Source: Calditrichia bacterium (lineage in GTDB: Bacteria; Calditrichota; Calditrichia; JAJRVZ01). From it: a stretch of DNA of 64,000 nucleotides. Position 1 is the stretch's first letter, and every line of letters begins with the position of its first letter. Made by a program: the position numbers and the translations under genes. Below the pieces are notes generated by a model that was given only the letters and a program-made list of their open reading frames with translations, was not told where the DNA came from and ran no database searches. Positions 43,424-54,783 of the stretch are shown in pieces. The stretch is from positions 448,001 to 512,000 of the forward strand of contig CAWCNS010000007.1 of NCBI GenBank assembly GCA_963796965.1, in the 5' to 3' direction.

Positions 43424-43927
43424 ATGAAAAATCAAATTTCATTTACCTTGACCTTACTGCTTTGTCTGCTCGTGGCGACCATAGCATTTGGGCAGGAACG
43501 GAAAACCTTCCAACACCCTACTCTAAATGTGCAGGTACAGGCATTTGATGATTGGGTTCAGGTGGTGCATCCGGAAGATGAATTTATTTATGAAATCGCT
43601 GATTCGGAATCCATTTTACATGTCATTATTTGGAAGACAGAGACCGAATCTTCAGGATCGCACTATCTTAAGAAGATGGCGGATAAAAAAGATCTTGTTT
43701 ATGATGCAGATCCAACCTTAGGTAAAGTTCAAAATCGTGACGCCTGGGTACTAGATGCAACATGTTGTATGAAGAAAGAGCCCGTACGCGTGGTGCTCGT
43801 GGCCATACCAGATAACCAGGAGAGCGAATCATTGTATCTCGCCCAGATCCTGTGCCCTGAGGAAAGACTTAAGGAAAAGGAAGTATATATGGAAGAAATA
43901 CTATATAGTCTTCAAATTACAAGATAG
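43424..43927 (+). CDS. Secreted hypothetical protein (possibly PsbP/DcrB-like)
   Basis: AGGAG RBS and signal peptide ending AFG; family is a guess. Confidence 0.6.
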   Translation: MKNQISFTLTLLLCLLVATIAFGQERKTFQHPTLNVQVQAFDDWVQVVHPEDEFIYEIADSESILHVIIWKTETESSGSHYLKKMADKKDLVYDADPTLGKVQNRDAWVLDATCCMKKEPVRVVLVAIPDNQESESLYLAQILCPEERLKEKEVYMEEILYSLQITR

Positions 43928-43988
43928 TCAATAAAAGATGCAGTCGTTATTCAAACAATAAGTATTTTTCCACCCCACCGACCAAGGT

Positions 43989-44019
43989 GCTCGGGAAAGC
44001 CCGACCGGGCTTCCCGAGC
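43989..44019 (+). terminator. Strong GC hairpin after 43424-43927, possible terminator or RNA-stabilising stem
   Basis: GCTCGGGAA-A-GCCC-GACC-GGGC-TTCCCGAGC; no U-tract follows. Confidence 0.4.
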
Positions 44020-44354
44020 CTAATCATAATATTCAATAGTCAATACTCAATTTTCAATTGTCAAGTATTATGATCCGTTATCGACAACCCTCAACTTATT
44101 CCAAAATCCCCTCTGACAAATCCCAATTCGGGAATCATATATCCCATATCTTGTATCCCGTATCCCATATCAATGTCCAATGACTAAATCCAAATGTCAA
44201 ATATATACCCAAATCCCAATCCGGAATCCCGTATCTCCTATCCTATATCCCGTTCCACCAACTTCTGCTTTTTTATAAACTTACCTCACTATTTGCCGAT
44301 AATAATTAAGAATACAATTTATGCAATAGAAACCAAGTGGATTAAACGGAAAAT

Positions 44355-46581
44355 ATGTCATCATCCTATATCGGAAAAGTATTAGATAATTACCGGATTA
44401 TTGATAATCTGGGCATTGGTGGTATGGGTGTCGTATTTAAGGCGATTCATATCAAATTAGATAAATTAGTTGCCTTAAAAATGATCGCCCCTGGGCTGAC
44501 GATGAATGAAAATTTCATTAAGCGGTTTCAGACTGAAGCCAAATCATTAGCCAAATTAGAAGATCCGAATATTGTTCGCATTTATGATCTGCGTGCAGAC
44601 AATGACAAGTGGTTTATTGTGATGGAATTTGTTGAAGGAATAAACCTGTTCGATAAGATCAAAAAGGATGGCGCATATAAATGGCAGGAAGCCCTGCCAA
44701 TTCTTAAACAGACGCTCAGTGGTATTGGGCATGCACATTCCGCTGGTATTATCCACCGTGACCTAAAGCCAAATAATATCATGATAACCAATGATCGGGT
44801 GGTTAAAGTTACAGATTTCGGGCTGGCAAAGGATCAGAGCAACATGGTGACAACCATGTCTTTAGCCAGCGGAGGAACGCTGTATTACATGTCCCCTGAG
44901 CATGTCAAAGGTATTTCTTTTACGGACAAACGAAGCGATATCTATTCCATTGGTATGACTTTTTATGAAATGATAGCGGGTACGGTGCCCTTCAAAAATA
45001 TGGAGTCCGATTTTGACATCCGCGAAACAATTGTCAGGAAAGAGCTTATGCAAACCTTCTGAATATAATTCTGACATACCTCCCATTTTAGATGACATTG
45101 TAATGAAATCATTGGCCAAAGACCCCGATGAACGCTTTCAAACAACAGAGGCAATGCTGGAGGCTATTATTGATTTTGAGGAGAAGTTTCCGGTGGTCGC
45201 ATTAGCTGATGAGATTTTATCCGGTCCACCCCAAAAAAAGAAGAATAAAACAAAGATCAATGATGATGATGGACCAGACACACGCTTTGAGAAAGCATTA
45301 AAGAATCAACGCAGAGATTTTATAAAAAGATATGGTCTCCTTTTTTCAATCTTACTTATTACAATTTTAGTATTTATAGCCTATTTATTTTCCTCAAAAT
45401 CAAATAATCCAGCTAATAAAGAGTTAAAAACGGCTGAAATAAGCATCAACAGCAAACCAGAAAATGTATTAGTATACATTGATGATGATTCAATAGGGAC
45501 TTTACCACTCAACAACTTTTCATTATCTGCCGGATCCCATAAAATCACTTTACAAAAAAAAGACTACGAGACATTAGATACTTTGATTACGGTAACATCA
45601 AAAGCGGACTATTCATTCGACTTAAGGCCAATTCTCAAAAAAACTTCTCTTACAAAAATCATTAAAAAGAATTCCGCCCCTAAACAAACAGATCGGGAAA
45701 AATATATTAAGACCTCTCTATTCGCAACCTCCGATCCAAAAGGTGCAACAATATGGATAGATGGTATCAGAATGGGTAAGACGCCTATGCAGGTTGACCA
45801 GATTGATACTAAGCCGCACAAAATCCGTATAGAGTTAGAAGGCTATTCGCCTTATCTCAACAGTATTGAATTAGAAAATGGCACTACAACCAGAATCAAT
45901 GCAGAACTCACCCGTATTGGCGGTGGCCTCCAGATTAATACGACTCCAGAAAATGCAATTATCAAGATAGACGGAGAGGAAATTAACAATATAAAAACAC
46001 CAGCTACATTAACAGGCCTTTCTCTGGGTCAACATCAAATCCAAATTAGTAAAGCTGGGTACAGTCCGATCACTAAAAGGACAGAGATTAAAAAAGATCA
46101 GATCACCAGTTTATCAGTTGAATTAATCCGTCTTGAAGGTAAACTTAACGTACAAGTTAGACCCTGGGGATCAATATATATTAACAATGAATTACAAAAA
46201 GCATCTTCAGATATTAAGTACCAGATAGATCTCCCTGTTGAAGAATACACTTTACAGGTGGTACATCCTACATTGGGCAGGTGGATTAAAAAAATCAATA
46301 TCGAAGCCAATAATGAATTAAAGGTGGTAGTGGATTTTAATCGCAAACATCAGGTGGAATTTATAGCGGTAGATGAATCTGGAATTCCTGTGGAGGCACA
46401 GATTTTTCTTGATGATAAAAACATGGAGAAAACAACACCCACTTCCCTTAAAATCCGTACCGGCATACACGATGTAATGTTAAAAAAAGCGGGATTTATT
46501 GCTTCCAATGGCAAATCGGAGATTTTCGTCGATAAAGATCTCCCTGGATCTTTTAAATTTGTTCTAAGAAAAATTGACTAA
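44355..46581 (+). CDS. Hanks-type Ser/Thr protein kinase with TM helix and C-terminal PEGA domains (frameshift near 45050)
   Basis: LGIGGMGVV, VALK, HRDLKPNN, DFG, YMSPE, SDIYS. The second frame gives the kinase C-lobe (LAKDPDERF), a TM segment and repeated S.P.GA.I.IDG..G.TP PEGA units. Confidence 0.92.
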
Positions 46582-47236
46582 AAACTCAACATTAATCACG
46601 AATATAAAAACCAAATTTAGTATTGTTATTATGAAAAACATGAAAAAAATGAACAGAGAAATTACTCAAACACTTCGCGCAATACTGCTATCTTTTTTAT
46701 TGCTGCTACAGCCAGGATTAATAAATGAGGTATGCGGCGCGTGGTGGGATATTCAGGATCAAACATCCTGCCGGCAAAAATTAGATCAAGCTGAAGAGCT
46801 CTACTACAACAGCGAATTTGATGAAGCAATCAGAACGGTACGCGAATGTCTCAAAATTAGTTCAATAGATAAGCCACAACTTATTCGCGCTTATACATTA
46901 CTCGCCCGTATATATCTGGCTAGTGATGATAAAGTAGCCGCAGAAAATAATATTACGCAAATCCTGAAACTAAATCCATCATATAGTCCGACAATTGAAG
47001 AAGAAACACCTAAATATGTAAATCTTGTCGCAGTGGTTCGCAAAAATGCAGGCGATACAGAGATCACAGCAACGGAAGCACCCTCTGATAGCAGCGGTAT
47101 TAGTCCCTGGGTGTGGATCGGAGCCGGTGGGGCCGCCGTCATAACCATAATAGCCGTTGTTAGCTCAAATAATGGTAAAAATAGTCAAACTGTCCAGGAT
47201 AAGGCTTTACCCGAACCACCTGGATATCCCCAATAA
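46574..47236 (+). CDS. Exported TPR-like protein with C-terminal hydrophobic segment and Pro-rich tail
   Basis: AEELYYNSEFDEA / AYTLLARIY / ILKLNP helical repeat; tail WVWIGAGGAAVITIIAV...LPEPPGYPQ. Start codon uncertain (ATG 46631/46649 possible). Confidence 0.7.
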   Translation: MTKNSTLITNIKTKFSIVIMKNMKKMNREITQTLRAILLSFLLLLQPGLINEVCGAWWDIQDQTSCRQKLDQAEELYYNSEFDEAIRTVRECLKISSIDKPQLIRAYTLLARIYLASDDKVAAENNITQILKLNPSYSPTIEEETPKYVNLVAVVRKNAGDTEITATEAPSDSSGISPWVWIGAGGAAVITIIAVVSSNNGKNSQTVQDKALPEPPGYPQ

Positions 47237-47250
47237 AGATTAGGCTATTT

Positions 47251-50200
47251 ATGAAAAACATGTTTTTAATAATTTTTCTCCTACTCATCCTTGCGATTGT
47301 CGTTGAGGCCGAGGATATTCCCGGTGGGACCATTGATGGTGGTACCTGGACAGTAGAAAATTCACCATATATTATTACTGGTAATATTACCATTGCTAAT
47401 TTGACGATCGAGCCAGGTGTAAGGGTTCAGTTCAGAGATAATTATAGTTTTGAAATAAATGGTGATTTGCAGGCCCAGGGATTTTATAGTGACTCTATTT
47501 ATTTTCAGTCTGAACCGGGAAATCCTAACGGGTGGAAAGGTATTAAATTTAAAGGAGGTTCCAGCAACTCATCACTCAAGTATTGCCGGATTGAAAATGC
47601 AAATGGTCAGGGCACTAGAATTGAAGGTGGCGTAGCATTGGAATTCCATAATTGCCGAATCTCGGATAACATCGGCAATGGCCTCTTCATTAAGGACTCA
47701 GAAGTTCAACTCAAGAACTGTATCATAAAAAGCAATAGTGAAAATGGTATTTCGCTGGATGCCGGAAAGGTTACAGCGACAAATATTATAATCGCCTCTA
47801 ACCAGTTAGCTGGCATTTTGACTTCAGACAATAAGGATGACGCCAGCTTAACAAATACTGTCATTGCAAATAACCAAACGATAGGACTTGATTTTCCCAA
47901 GGGGGACCTAACCGTTCTCAATAGTATTATTTATCTCAACAATGAAGGTATTGTCATTGATGATCAAACAGTGAGTGTCACTTATAGTAATGTGCAGGGC
48001 AGCGGTACTTATCCTGGCACTGGCAATATTAATGTCGTTCCAAACTTTGAATCCGGCTTTGCATATACATTGAGTGACCAGTCACTTTGTATCGATGCCG
48101 GTCGCGACGATTCTGAGGATGAGGATAAATATTTTCCACCATCAAAAGAAACAACAAGGAATGACATGGGTGCTTATGGCGGACCTCTTTCTTTTGGTTG
48201 GTATCCCCCACTTCTAATAACACCAAATAGCATTCAATACGGACGTACTACACAGGATAGCACAAAAACTGTCACTTTACATATTGATAACTACCGGGAT
48301 GACACAGGTCTAACTGTAGAAGAAATAGAATTTCTTGGTATCAATCCGGAAGTTTTTACATCAAACGAAGAATATTTTTATTTACCCCAGCCACAAGATA
48401 AAGAGGTAGAAATAACATTTAAACCGGATCAGGTGGCTCTTTTTGAGGCTGATTTGGCCTTTCGAGTCGTGAATCATGGCAATGTCTTTGTCTCTTTGAA
48501 TGGCGAAGGCGTTTTACCAAAGATAAATGTCGTTCAATCCGTGCTTGAATTCGGCTCCCAGGCAATCGGGGATTCTTTATCCCTTTCATTGCCAATCCAA
48601 AATTTAGGTGGAGATACCTTATTAGTAAATCTATCCATATTATCCGATTCGATATTCTATGCAAATAAGGAAAGTATTAAAATTGAGCCTGATTCCTCGC
48701 TTGACACAGTTTCAGTGACTTTCAAACCGCTTAGCCCATCCTCTTATGAGAATTATCTGATCATATCCAGCAATGACGATACAAATCCATCTATCGCAAT
48801 ACATTTGACCGGAGAAGGTCAGGGACCACTCATATCTTCTGACACCAATAATCTGAATTTTGGTCACGTACATGTCAATTCCGATAGCAGTCTTGATCTT
48901 CCAATCCGCAATGATGGCAATGCTCCATTGATTATCGACAGTCTGACACTTTCCCCCACTGACGGATCTTTTGAAATAATAAACAGTGGTTTATCCATGA
49001 TTGAAGCGGGTGAAAGTACAATGATAACCATTCGTTTTGAACCCTCACAATGGGGAGAATTCTCTGGAAATCTGCTGATCCATTCAAATGTCCTTTCTAA
49101 ACCGTTGCTTTCTATTTCTTTAATCGGTATCGGTCTTGCACCTGAATTAGTTTTATCAAACACTACGATTGATTTTGGCCCGGTTTATCTGACAAAGGAT
49201 TCGACAATAATTCTTAGCATTTTTAATCATGGTAATCAGATTCTTACTATCGACAGCATTTTCACTCAACAAAATGATGGTATATTCAAACTACCTGATA
49301 CCTTAGAAGATCATCTTGCACCTGATCAAGGTCTGGATATTTTACTAACATTCACTCCGGCAGATACTGCAATATCAACCGATTACCTGATAATTAGAAG
49401 CAATGACCCTCTAAATAATCGGGATAGTATTTCTTTGAGAGGGATGGGAATCAGACCAATATTGGATCCGGGGGATATGGCTCTGGATTTTGGTACAGTC
49501 AATCTTCCTGCTGATACAACGTTGTATTTAAACGTGAAAAATACTGGAAATTATGCCTTAGTAATAAAAAACTTTACGATCTTGTCAGAGACCGGTGGAT
49601 TTAGCCGCTCAGACACATTAGCCTTTCCCGATACGCTTATGCAGCAAGATCATCGTAATTATCCGCTAAAATTTAAACCCCTTGTCTGGGGGGCGGATTC
49701 AGGACAAATCAATATTGAAACCAACGATCCCTTGCAACCACAAACGACTATTTCACTTCATGGGAAGGGTCTTGCTCCTCATGTCATCCTTAACCAAAAG
49801 GTAATAGACTACGGCTCTGTATTGGTAGGACATGATTCTACCAGAACAATAACCCTTACAAATTCCGGAAATGTCGATCTTATTATCGATGATCTCCTGA
49901 TCAAGGAGACAACTTCCTCATTTATTATTGAAGAACCTTCGATCGTTGGCCTAAGCATCAAGCCAGATAGCAGTAAAAACCTGACAATAACTTTCGCGCC
50001 CGATTCTGCATCAATTTTTAACACTGTCATTCAAGTATTCTCAAACGATCCCCAAAATGTCCAGGATTCAATAATGCTCTCAGGAGTCGGCTATGTTCCA
50101 CATGTCGGCAGTCCCTTTATTCATTTATCTGACACTTTGCTGGCGTTTGCAGATACACCACTCGATTCCATATCCAATCTATCTGTAACCGTGAGTAATC

Positions 50201-52023
50201 ATGGTGATGAGGTTCTCATTCTTTACAACGATAGTCTTAAAATTATTGGAGACAATTCTACAGCCTTTCAAATCTCAAAAATATATTCATCAAATATAGA
50301 GATTAATCCATCCAAATATGAGATTATCCCCTTGTCATTTAACCCAGATAAAATAGGATTAAATTCCGCTTATTTAAAGATCGTCAGTAATGATATAGAA
50401 AGATCGTCCTATCATGTTGAACTGCAGGGAAATGGCATCGTTGAGCAAGGATCTGATATCAGTATTGCTTTAGATACGCTAAATTCAACCCTCCCCTTCT
50501 CAGAAGGTGAACCGGGTGATCTCTCATTCCATATTTCCAATTCGCAAAGTGTGGATTCCGCCCATATTTATTTCCGTGAAGGGGGCGCTCTTTCCTATAC
50601 AAAAATGCCTTTGCTTCACCAGGATTTGACAAACACCTGGTCAATACAGATTAATTCAGCCCATATTACTGGCAGAGGCTTAGAATACTACGTCATTGCT
50701 TACCACTCTGATTTACCTCTCTATTACCCTGACCAAACGAAGCGTAAATTTAATTTTATTTATGTAAACGTCAGCAATATTATATTTCCCTATGAGACGG
50801 CTAAATCTATTTATCAGATGATATCCATTCCGCTCGACACAAAGGGTCAAACACTTTCTGAACTTTTTTCCGATAATCTGGGGCCTTACAATAACAATAA
50901 TTTCCGTATTTTTGAATGCTTAGACGGCTCAGGTTACCAGGAACGTACGGATATGTCTTCACCACTTCCTCCCGGAAAAGCTATTTGGCTGATAACCCGG
51001 GAGTCAATGAATCTTGATATAGACCAAGGCCAAACGGTTCCAACAGATAGGAATTTTGAGATTTCATTAAAAAAAGGCTGGAACATGATTGCGTCACCCT
51101 ATGCCTTTACAGTGGACTGGCAAAATGTTACCAACAAACTAATCATACGCGAATACATCGACCAGGATTGGACGTTTGCCTATGACTTGGAACCATTTAA
51201 GGGTTATGCTGTCCATGTTGATAAAGATACAGTGATTGGTATTCCACCACAGCAAAAAATGCTTCAAAAGAAAATAAATAATGATCGTTCATCCTTACCT
51301 CCCTCAGACTGGACCATACAACTAGTCGCCCAGGCTGGGGAATTAAAAGATAAGTATAACTATGTTGGTGCATACCAGGATGCCCGAAATTCAATTGACC
51401 GGTTTGACTATGCCGATCCGCCACCAATTGGGAACCACATTAGGCTGGCGCTACAACCAGAGGATCCGGAAACGTTTTATTCAACGGATATTCGACAGAC
51501 GGGTATGGACGGTTATCGTTTTAAAATAAAAATTAATAGTAATGTGTCAGGAAAAAAGGTTCTTAATTTGATTCCTGATAATCTACCGGATGGCTTTGAC
51601 TGGGTATTGATATCTATAGACGAAAATGTAATGTATCGTAATACACAGATTCAGATAAGCAAAAATCAAGGGAATTTTGAATTATTAGTCGGTAATTCTG
51701 ATTTTTTAACGGAAAATTCAAGTGGTTTCAATACTTTGCCTCTGACATATCAATTAGAGCAAAACTATCCGAATCCATTCAATCCTTTGACAACTATAAA
51801 ATTTCAATTACCCAAAGCACAAAGAGTTACAGCTACTATTTATAATATTCTTGGTCAAAAGATTATAGAGTTATCTAAGAATGAATTATTTGATGCGGGC
51901 TATCATCAGTACAATTGGGATGGAAGAGATAAATATAATTTACAGGTTTCCAGCGGGATATATTTTCTCCGTTTTAAGATGGCCAACTATGAGAAAACGA
52001 TGAAAATGATATTACAGCGATAG
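47251..52023 (+). CDS. Giant secreted protein: right-handed beta-helix + ~7 ASH/choice-of-anchor-D Ig-like repeats + T9SS type A/FlgD-like C-terminal domain
   Basis: WTVENSPY..IEPGV and N..GI beta-helix repeats, DMGAYGG, seven (L/I)xFGxV...NxG..L.I...SND repeats, LEQNYPNPFNPLTTIKF...WDGRD..VSSGIYF. Confidence 0.88.
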   Translation: MKNMFLIIFLLLILAIVVEAEDIPGGTIDGGTWTVENSPYIITGNITIANLTIEPGVRVQFRDNYSFEINGDLQAQGFYSDSIYFQSEPGNPNGWKGIKFKGGSSNSSLKYCRIENANGQGTRIEGGVALEFHNCRISDNIGNGLFIKDSEVQLKNCIIKSNSENGISLDAGKVTATNIIIASNQLAGILTSDNKDDASLTNTVIANNQTIGLDFPKGDLTVLNSIIYLNNEGIVIDDQTVSVTYSNVQGSGTYPGTGNINVVPNFESGFAYTLSDQSLCIDAGRDDSEDEDKYFPPSKETTRNDMGAYGGPLSFGWYPPLLITPNSIQYGRTTQDSTKTVTLHIDNYRDDTGLTVEEIEFLGINPEVFTSNEEYFYLPQPQDKEVEITFKPDQVALFEADLAFRVVNHGNVFVSLNGEGVLPKINVVQSVLEFGSQAIGDSLSLSLPIQNLGGDTLLVNLSILSDSIFYANKESIKIEPDSSLDTVSVTFKPLSPSSYENYLIISSNDDTNPSIAIHLTGEGQGPLISSDTNNLNFGHVHVNSDSSLDLPIRNDGNAPLIIDSLTLSPTDGSFEIINSGLSMIEAGESTMITIRFEPSQWGEFSGNLLIHSNVLSKPLLSISLIGIGLAPELVLSNTTIDFGPVYLTKDSTIILSIFNHGNQILTIDSIFTQQNDGIFKLPDTLEDHLAPDQGLDILLTFTPADTAISTDYLIIRSNDPLNNRDSISLRGMGIRPILDPGDMALDFGTVNLPADTTLYLNVKNTGNYALVIKNFTILSETGGFSRSDTLAFPDTLMQQDHRNYPLKFKPLVWGADSGQINIETNDPLQPQTTISLHGKGLAPHVILNQKVIDYGSVLVGHDSTRTITLTNSGNVDLIIDDLLIKETTSSFIIEEPSIVGLSIKPDSSKNLTITFAPDSASIFNTVIQVFSNDPQNVQDSIMLSGVGYVPHVGSPFIHLSDTLLAFADTPLDSISNLSVTVSNHGDEVLILYNDSLKIIGDNSTAFQISKIYSSNIEINPSKYEIIPLSFNPDKIGLNSAYLKIVSNDIERSSYHVELQGNGIVEQGSDISIALDTLNSTLPFSEGEPGDLSFHISNSQSVDSAHIYFREGGALSYTKMPLLHQDLTNTWSIQINSAHITGRGLEYYVIAYHSDLPLYYPDQTKRKFNFIYVNVSNIIFPYETAKSIYQMISIPLDTKGQTLSELFSDNLGPYNNNNFRIFECLDGSGYQERTDMSSPLPPGKAIWLITRESMNLDIDQGQTVPTDRNFEISLKKGWNMIASPYAFTVDWQNVTNKLIIREYIDQDWTFAYDLEPFKGYAVHVDKDTVIGIPPQQKMLQKKINNDRSSLPPSDWTIQLVAQAGELKDKYNYVGAYQDARNSIDRFDYADPPPIGNHIRLALQPEDPETFYSTDIRQTGMDGYRFKIKINSNVSGKKVLNLIPDNLPDGFDWVLISIDENVMYRNTQIQISKNQGNFELLVGNSDFLTENSSGFNTLPLTYQLEQNYPNPFNPLTTIKFQLPKAQRVTATIYNILGQKIIELSKNELFDAGYHQYNWDGRDKYNLQVSSGIYFLRFKMANYEKTMKMILQR

Positions 52024-52313
52024 TGTCATATGACTATGGGATATAAAATATTTGATCCCGACTTTCTCGGGATGATCCTGTCAAAAAAAGAAACGTATAG
52101 TCATATGATACAAACTTACGATGAGATTTATGGTATATGAAATAGACGAAAGTAAAGGTTCTGGATACTAGGTGTTGGGATTCTGGTAATGGACTCTTGG
52201 AAGTTATGATCAATCGGTCACGAAGATGATTTTATATATCTCACTGATCAAAGAAACGAGATCCCAGAACCAAGAGCCGAGAAACGAGAAGAGAGTAAAG
52301 AAGTGAGGTTGTT

Positions 52314-54425
52314 TTGATAAGCTTAAAAAAAACAAATAAAAAAAATGAGAAACATCTGCAGGCAAGGAAATTTTTGCTTGATCTTGCCTTTGATTTTATT
52401 GATGTGACGCCGGCTGAAATCGACAATGTCATTATCGAGAGGCTTAAATCAATAACTGATTACACAGGCACTGATCGTTGTTATATTTATAAATTTGCCG
52501 ATCAGAATAGTCGGCTCGTGTTAAGCCATGAATTCGATAAATATGATATTAAAACTAAAATAAGAGAACATGATCATGTCGACCAGGAAGATTTTTCCTG
52601 GCTAATCAAACCTTTGTTAGATAACAAAGCCATCACCATCCCCTCCGTCGCAAAATTACCAGATACAGCCCGCTCAGTTAAAACAATTATGGAAGTGGAA
52701 AATATCAAATCTGCTCTGCTCTGTCCTATTTATTCCAGAGGGAAAGTAATTGGCTATATAGGCGTGGATTGTGTTGAAAACAATTGCAAATTCACTGATG
52801 AAACTGAAGAGATATTAACCAACAGTGGAATTATATTTGCCGGAGCTATAAATAGGCGTGATGCTGTACGTACGGGTATCCGCAAGGAACAAAAGTTCCG
52901 GACAATGTTCTCTGAATTTGAGGACGTTGTCTTTATCTCTACACCGGATGGTCGTTTAATGGATATTAACCCGGCGGGTGCCAAGGTATTTGGATACGAA
53001 TCCGTCCGGGATATCCTGAATATAGATATTAAAGATCTGTACTACAATCCTGAAGACCGATCAAAATACTTACAAACCGTGAGAGCAGATGGTCAGGTGA
53101 AAGAGTATGACCTTGTCCTTAAGGATAAAGCGGGTAATAAAATTCATTTTCTGGAAACGTCTATGGCTGTTCGTGATGAAAATGGTATAATCATCGGCTA
53201 CCAGGGTATTTTAAGAGATGTTACCGAAAAAAGACTATTGGAGCAACAGCTTTTCCAGGCAAAAAAAATGGAATCCATCGGATTGCTGGCCGGTGGTGTG
53301 GCCCATGATTTCAATAATATTCTTACAACTATAAGTGGTTATGCCGAGCTCATGATGTTGGATATGAACAAAGAAGATCCTCAGTACAACGACGTGACGA
53401 ATATTCTGCAAGGCGTTAAACGAGCTGAAGAACTTATCCGCCAGCTCTTGGCTTTTGGTAGACGCCAGATGATTGAGCCACGTATTGTTGATATAAATAA
53501 AGTTATATCAGAATTACATAGTATGTTAAGACGGTTGATTCCGGAAGATATTACATTTAATCTAAAATTGAAGGATAATATAAGTTTTATTAAAGCAGAT
53601 CCCGTTCAAATTCAACAAACATTGGTAAACCTTGTTGTAAATGCCGGACATGCGGTAAATAATCAAAAAGATAAATCAAAAGGAAAAAATATTAGAATTT
53701 ATACCGAACAGGTAGACATGACGGAAAAGACAACGAAAACCTACCCCGGTTTACGTGAGGGAAATTACATCCTAATATCAGTGGAGGATACCGGAATTGG
53801 TATGGATGAGAATACCAAGATGCATATTTTTGAGCCCTTCTTTTCAACCAAAAAAGATGGAGAAGGAACCGGTCTGGGATTAGCTACTGTTTATGGAATT
53901 GTAAAACAAAACAATGGCAATATTTATATTGATTCACATCCCGGAAATGGCGCATCATTTAAGATATTTTGGCCTTCTTCCGATATAAAGGTGCGCGATG
54001 AAACGCGTCTGGATACCCAAATTGTACACAAAAACCGATCCGAAACACTTCTTTTTGTTGAAGATGATAAAAATGTCCGTGAATTAGCCTGCAAAGCCTT
54101 GTCCTCATTTGGCTACAAGGTCATAACCGCCGGGAATGGGAGAGAAGCTCTGGATATGGTTAATAAAGACTTCCTGTCCAACAAACTAGACCTGGTTATA
54201 TCTGACATTGTTATGCCCGAGATGGGTGGAGAAGAGTTGGCCAAAAATTTACGTGAATTAAATCCAAAAATAAAAATATTACTTTGTTCAGGATTTACAG
54301 ATAGCCGGGTAACCATGAAAGATATACAGAAGAAGAATGGTTTTTACTTTTTACCCAAACCCTATTCAATAAAAAAATTGGAACAGACCATTCAGGAGAT
54401 AATAAACAAGCCTGTAGAGGCCTAG
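52314..54425 (+). CDS. Hybrid sensor histidine kinase (GAF-PAS-HisKA-HATPase-REC)
   Basis: [51 protein letters not shown]. Confidence 0.95.
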   Translation: MISLKKTNKKNEKHLQARKFLLDLAFDFIDVTPAEIDNVIIERLKSITDYTGTDRCYIYKFADQNSRLVLSHEFDKYDIKTKIREHDHVDQEDFSWLIKPLLDNKAITIPSVAKLPDTARSVKTIMEVENIKSALLCPIYSRGKVIGYIGVDCVENNCKFTDETEEILTNSGIIFAGAINRRDAVRTGIRKEQKFRTMFSEFEDVVFISTPDGRLMDINPAGAKVFGYESVRDILNIDIKDLYYNPEDRSKYLQTVRADGQVKEYDLVLKDKAGNKIHFLETSMAVRDENGIIIGYQGILRDVTEKRLLEQQLFQAKKMESIGLLAGGVAHDFNNILTTISGYAELMMLDMNKEDPQYNDVTNILQGVKRAEELIRQLLAFGRRQMIEPRIVDINKVISELHSMLRRLIPEDITFNLKLKDNISFIKADPVQIQQTLVNLVVNAGHAVNNQKDKSKGKNIRIYTEQVDMTEKTTKTYPGLREGNYILISVEDTGIGMDENTKMHIFEPFFSTKKDGEGTGLGLATVYGIVKQNNGNIYIDSHPGNGASFKIFWPSSDIKVRDETRLDTQIVHKNRSETLLFVEDDKNVRELACKALSSFGYKVITAGNGREALDMVNKDFLSNKLDLVISDIVMPEMGGEELAKNLRELNPKIKILLCSGFTDSRVTMKDIQKKNGFYFLPKPYSIKKLEQTIQEIINKPVEA

Positions 54426-54783
54426 TAGATAGAATCTCCCACCCCGCCCTTTCTTCAGAAAAATATTATACACTTACAGATCTATTATTTATATTTCTTA
54501 TATATGCTATATTTTATTTGTATTGCCTTGACCATGAGTTTATAGATTCGTGATTTCAAATTAGAGAAGAAGATGTGAGTCAAGGTCATCCTGAGCCCTG
54601 TCCTGTCACCAGGAAAGGGCTCAGGATCTAAGCGTCTATTTTTTAGATGCGATCATTGAATGAGAGAATAATTATTCCACAAAGAATTTAATACTAATAA
54701 CAATAAATATACTTCGTGACACGTCATGATTCCTTCGTGAATCTTCGTGAAACAAAATTTTACAACTTTTAAGGAGAAAATAT

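Noticed and set aside
45013..45062. Programmed frameshift giving kinase-only and full-length isoforms
   Set aside because: The break falls inside the kinase C-lobe, has no slippery heptamer and fits the window-wide indel error pattern.
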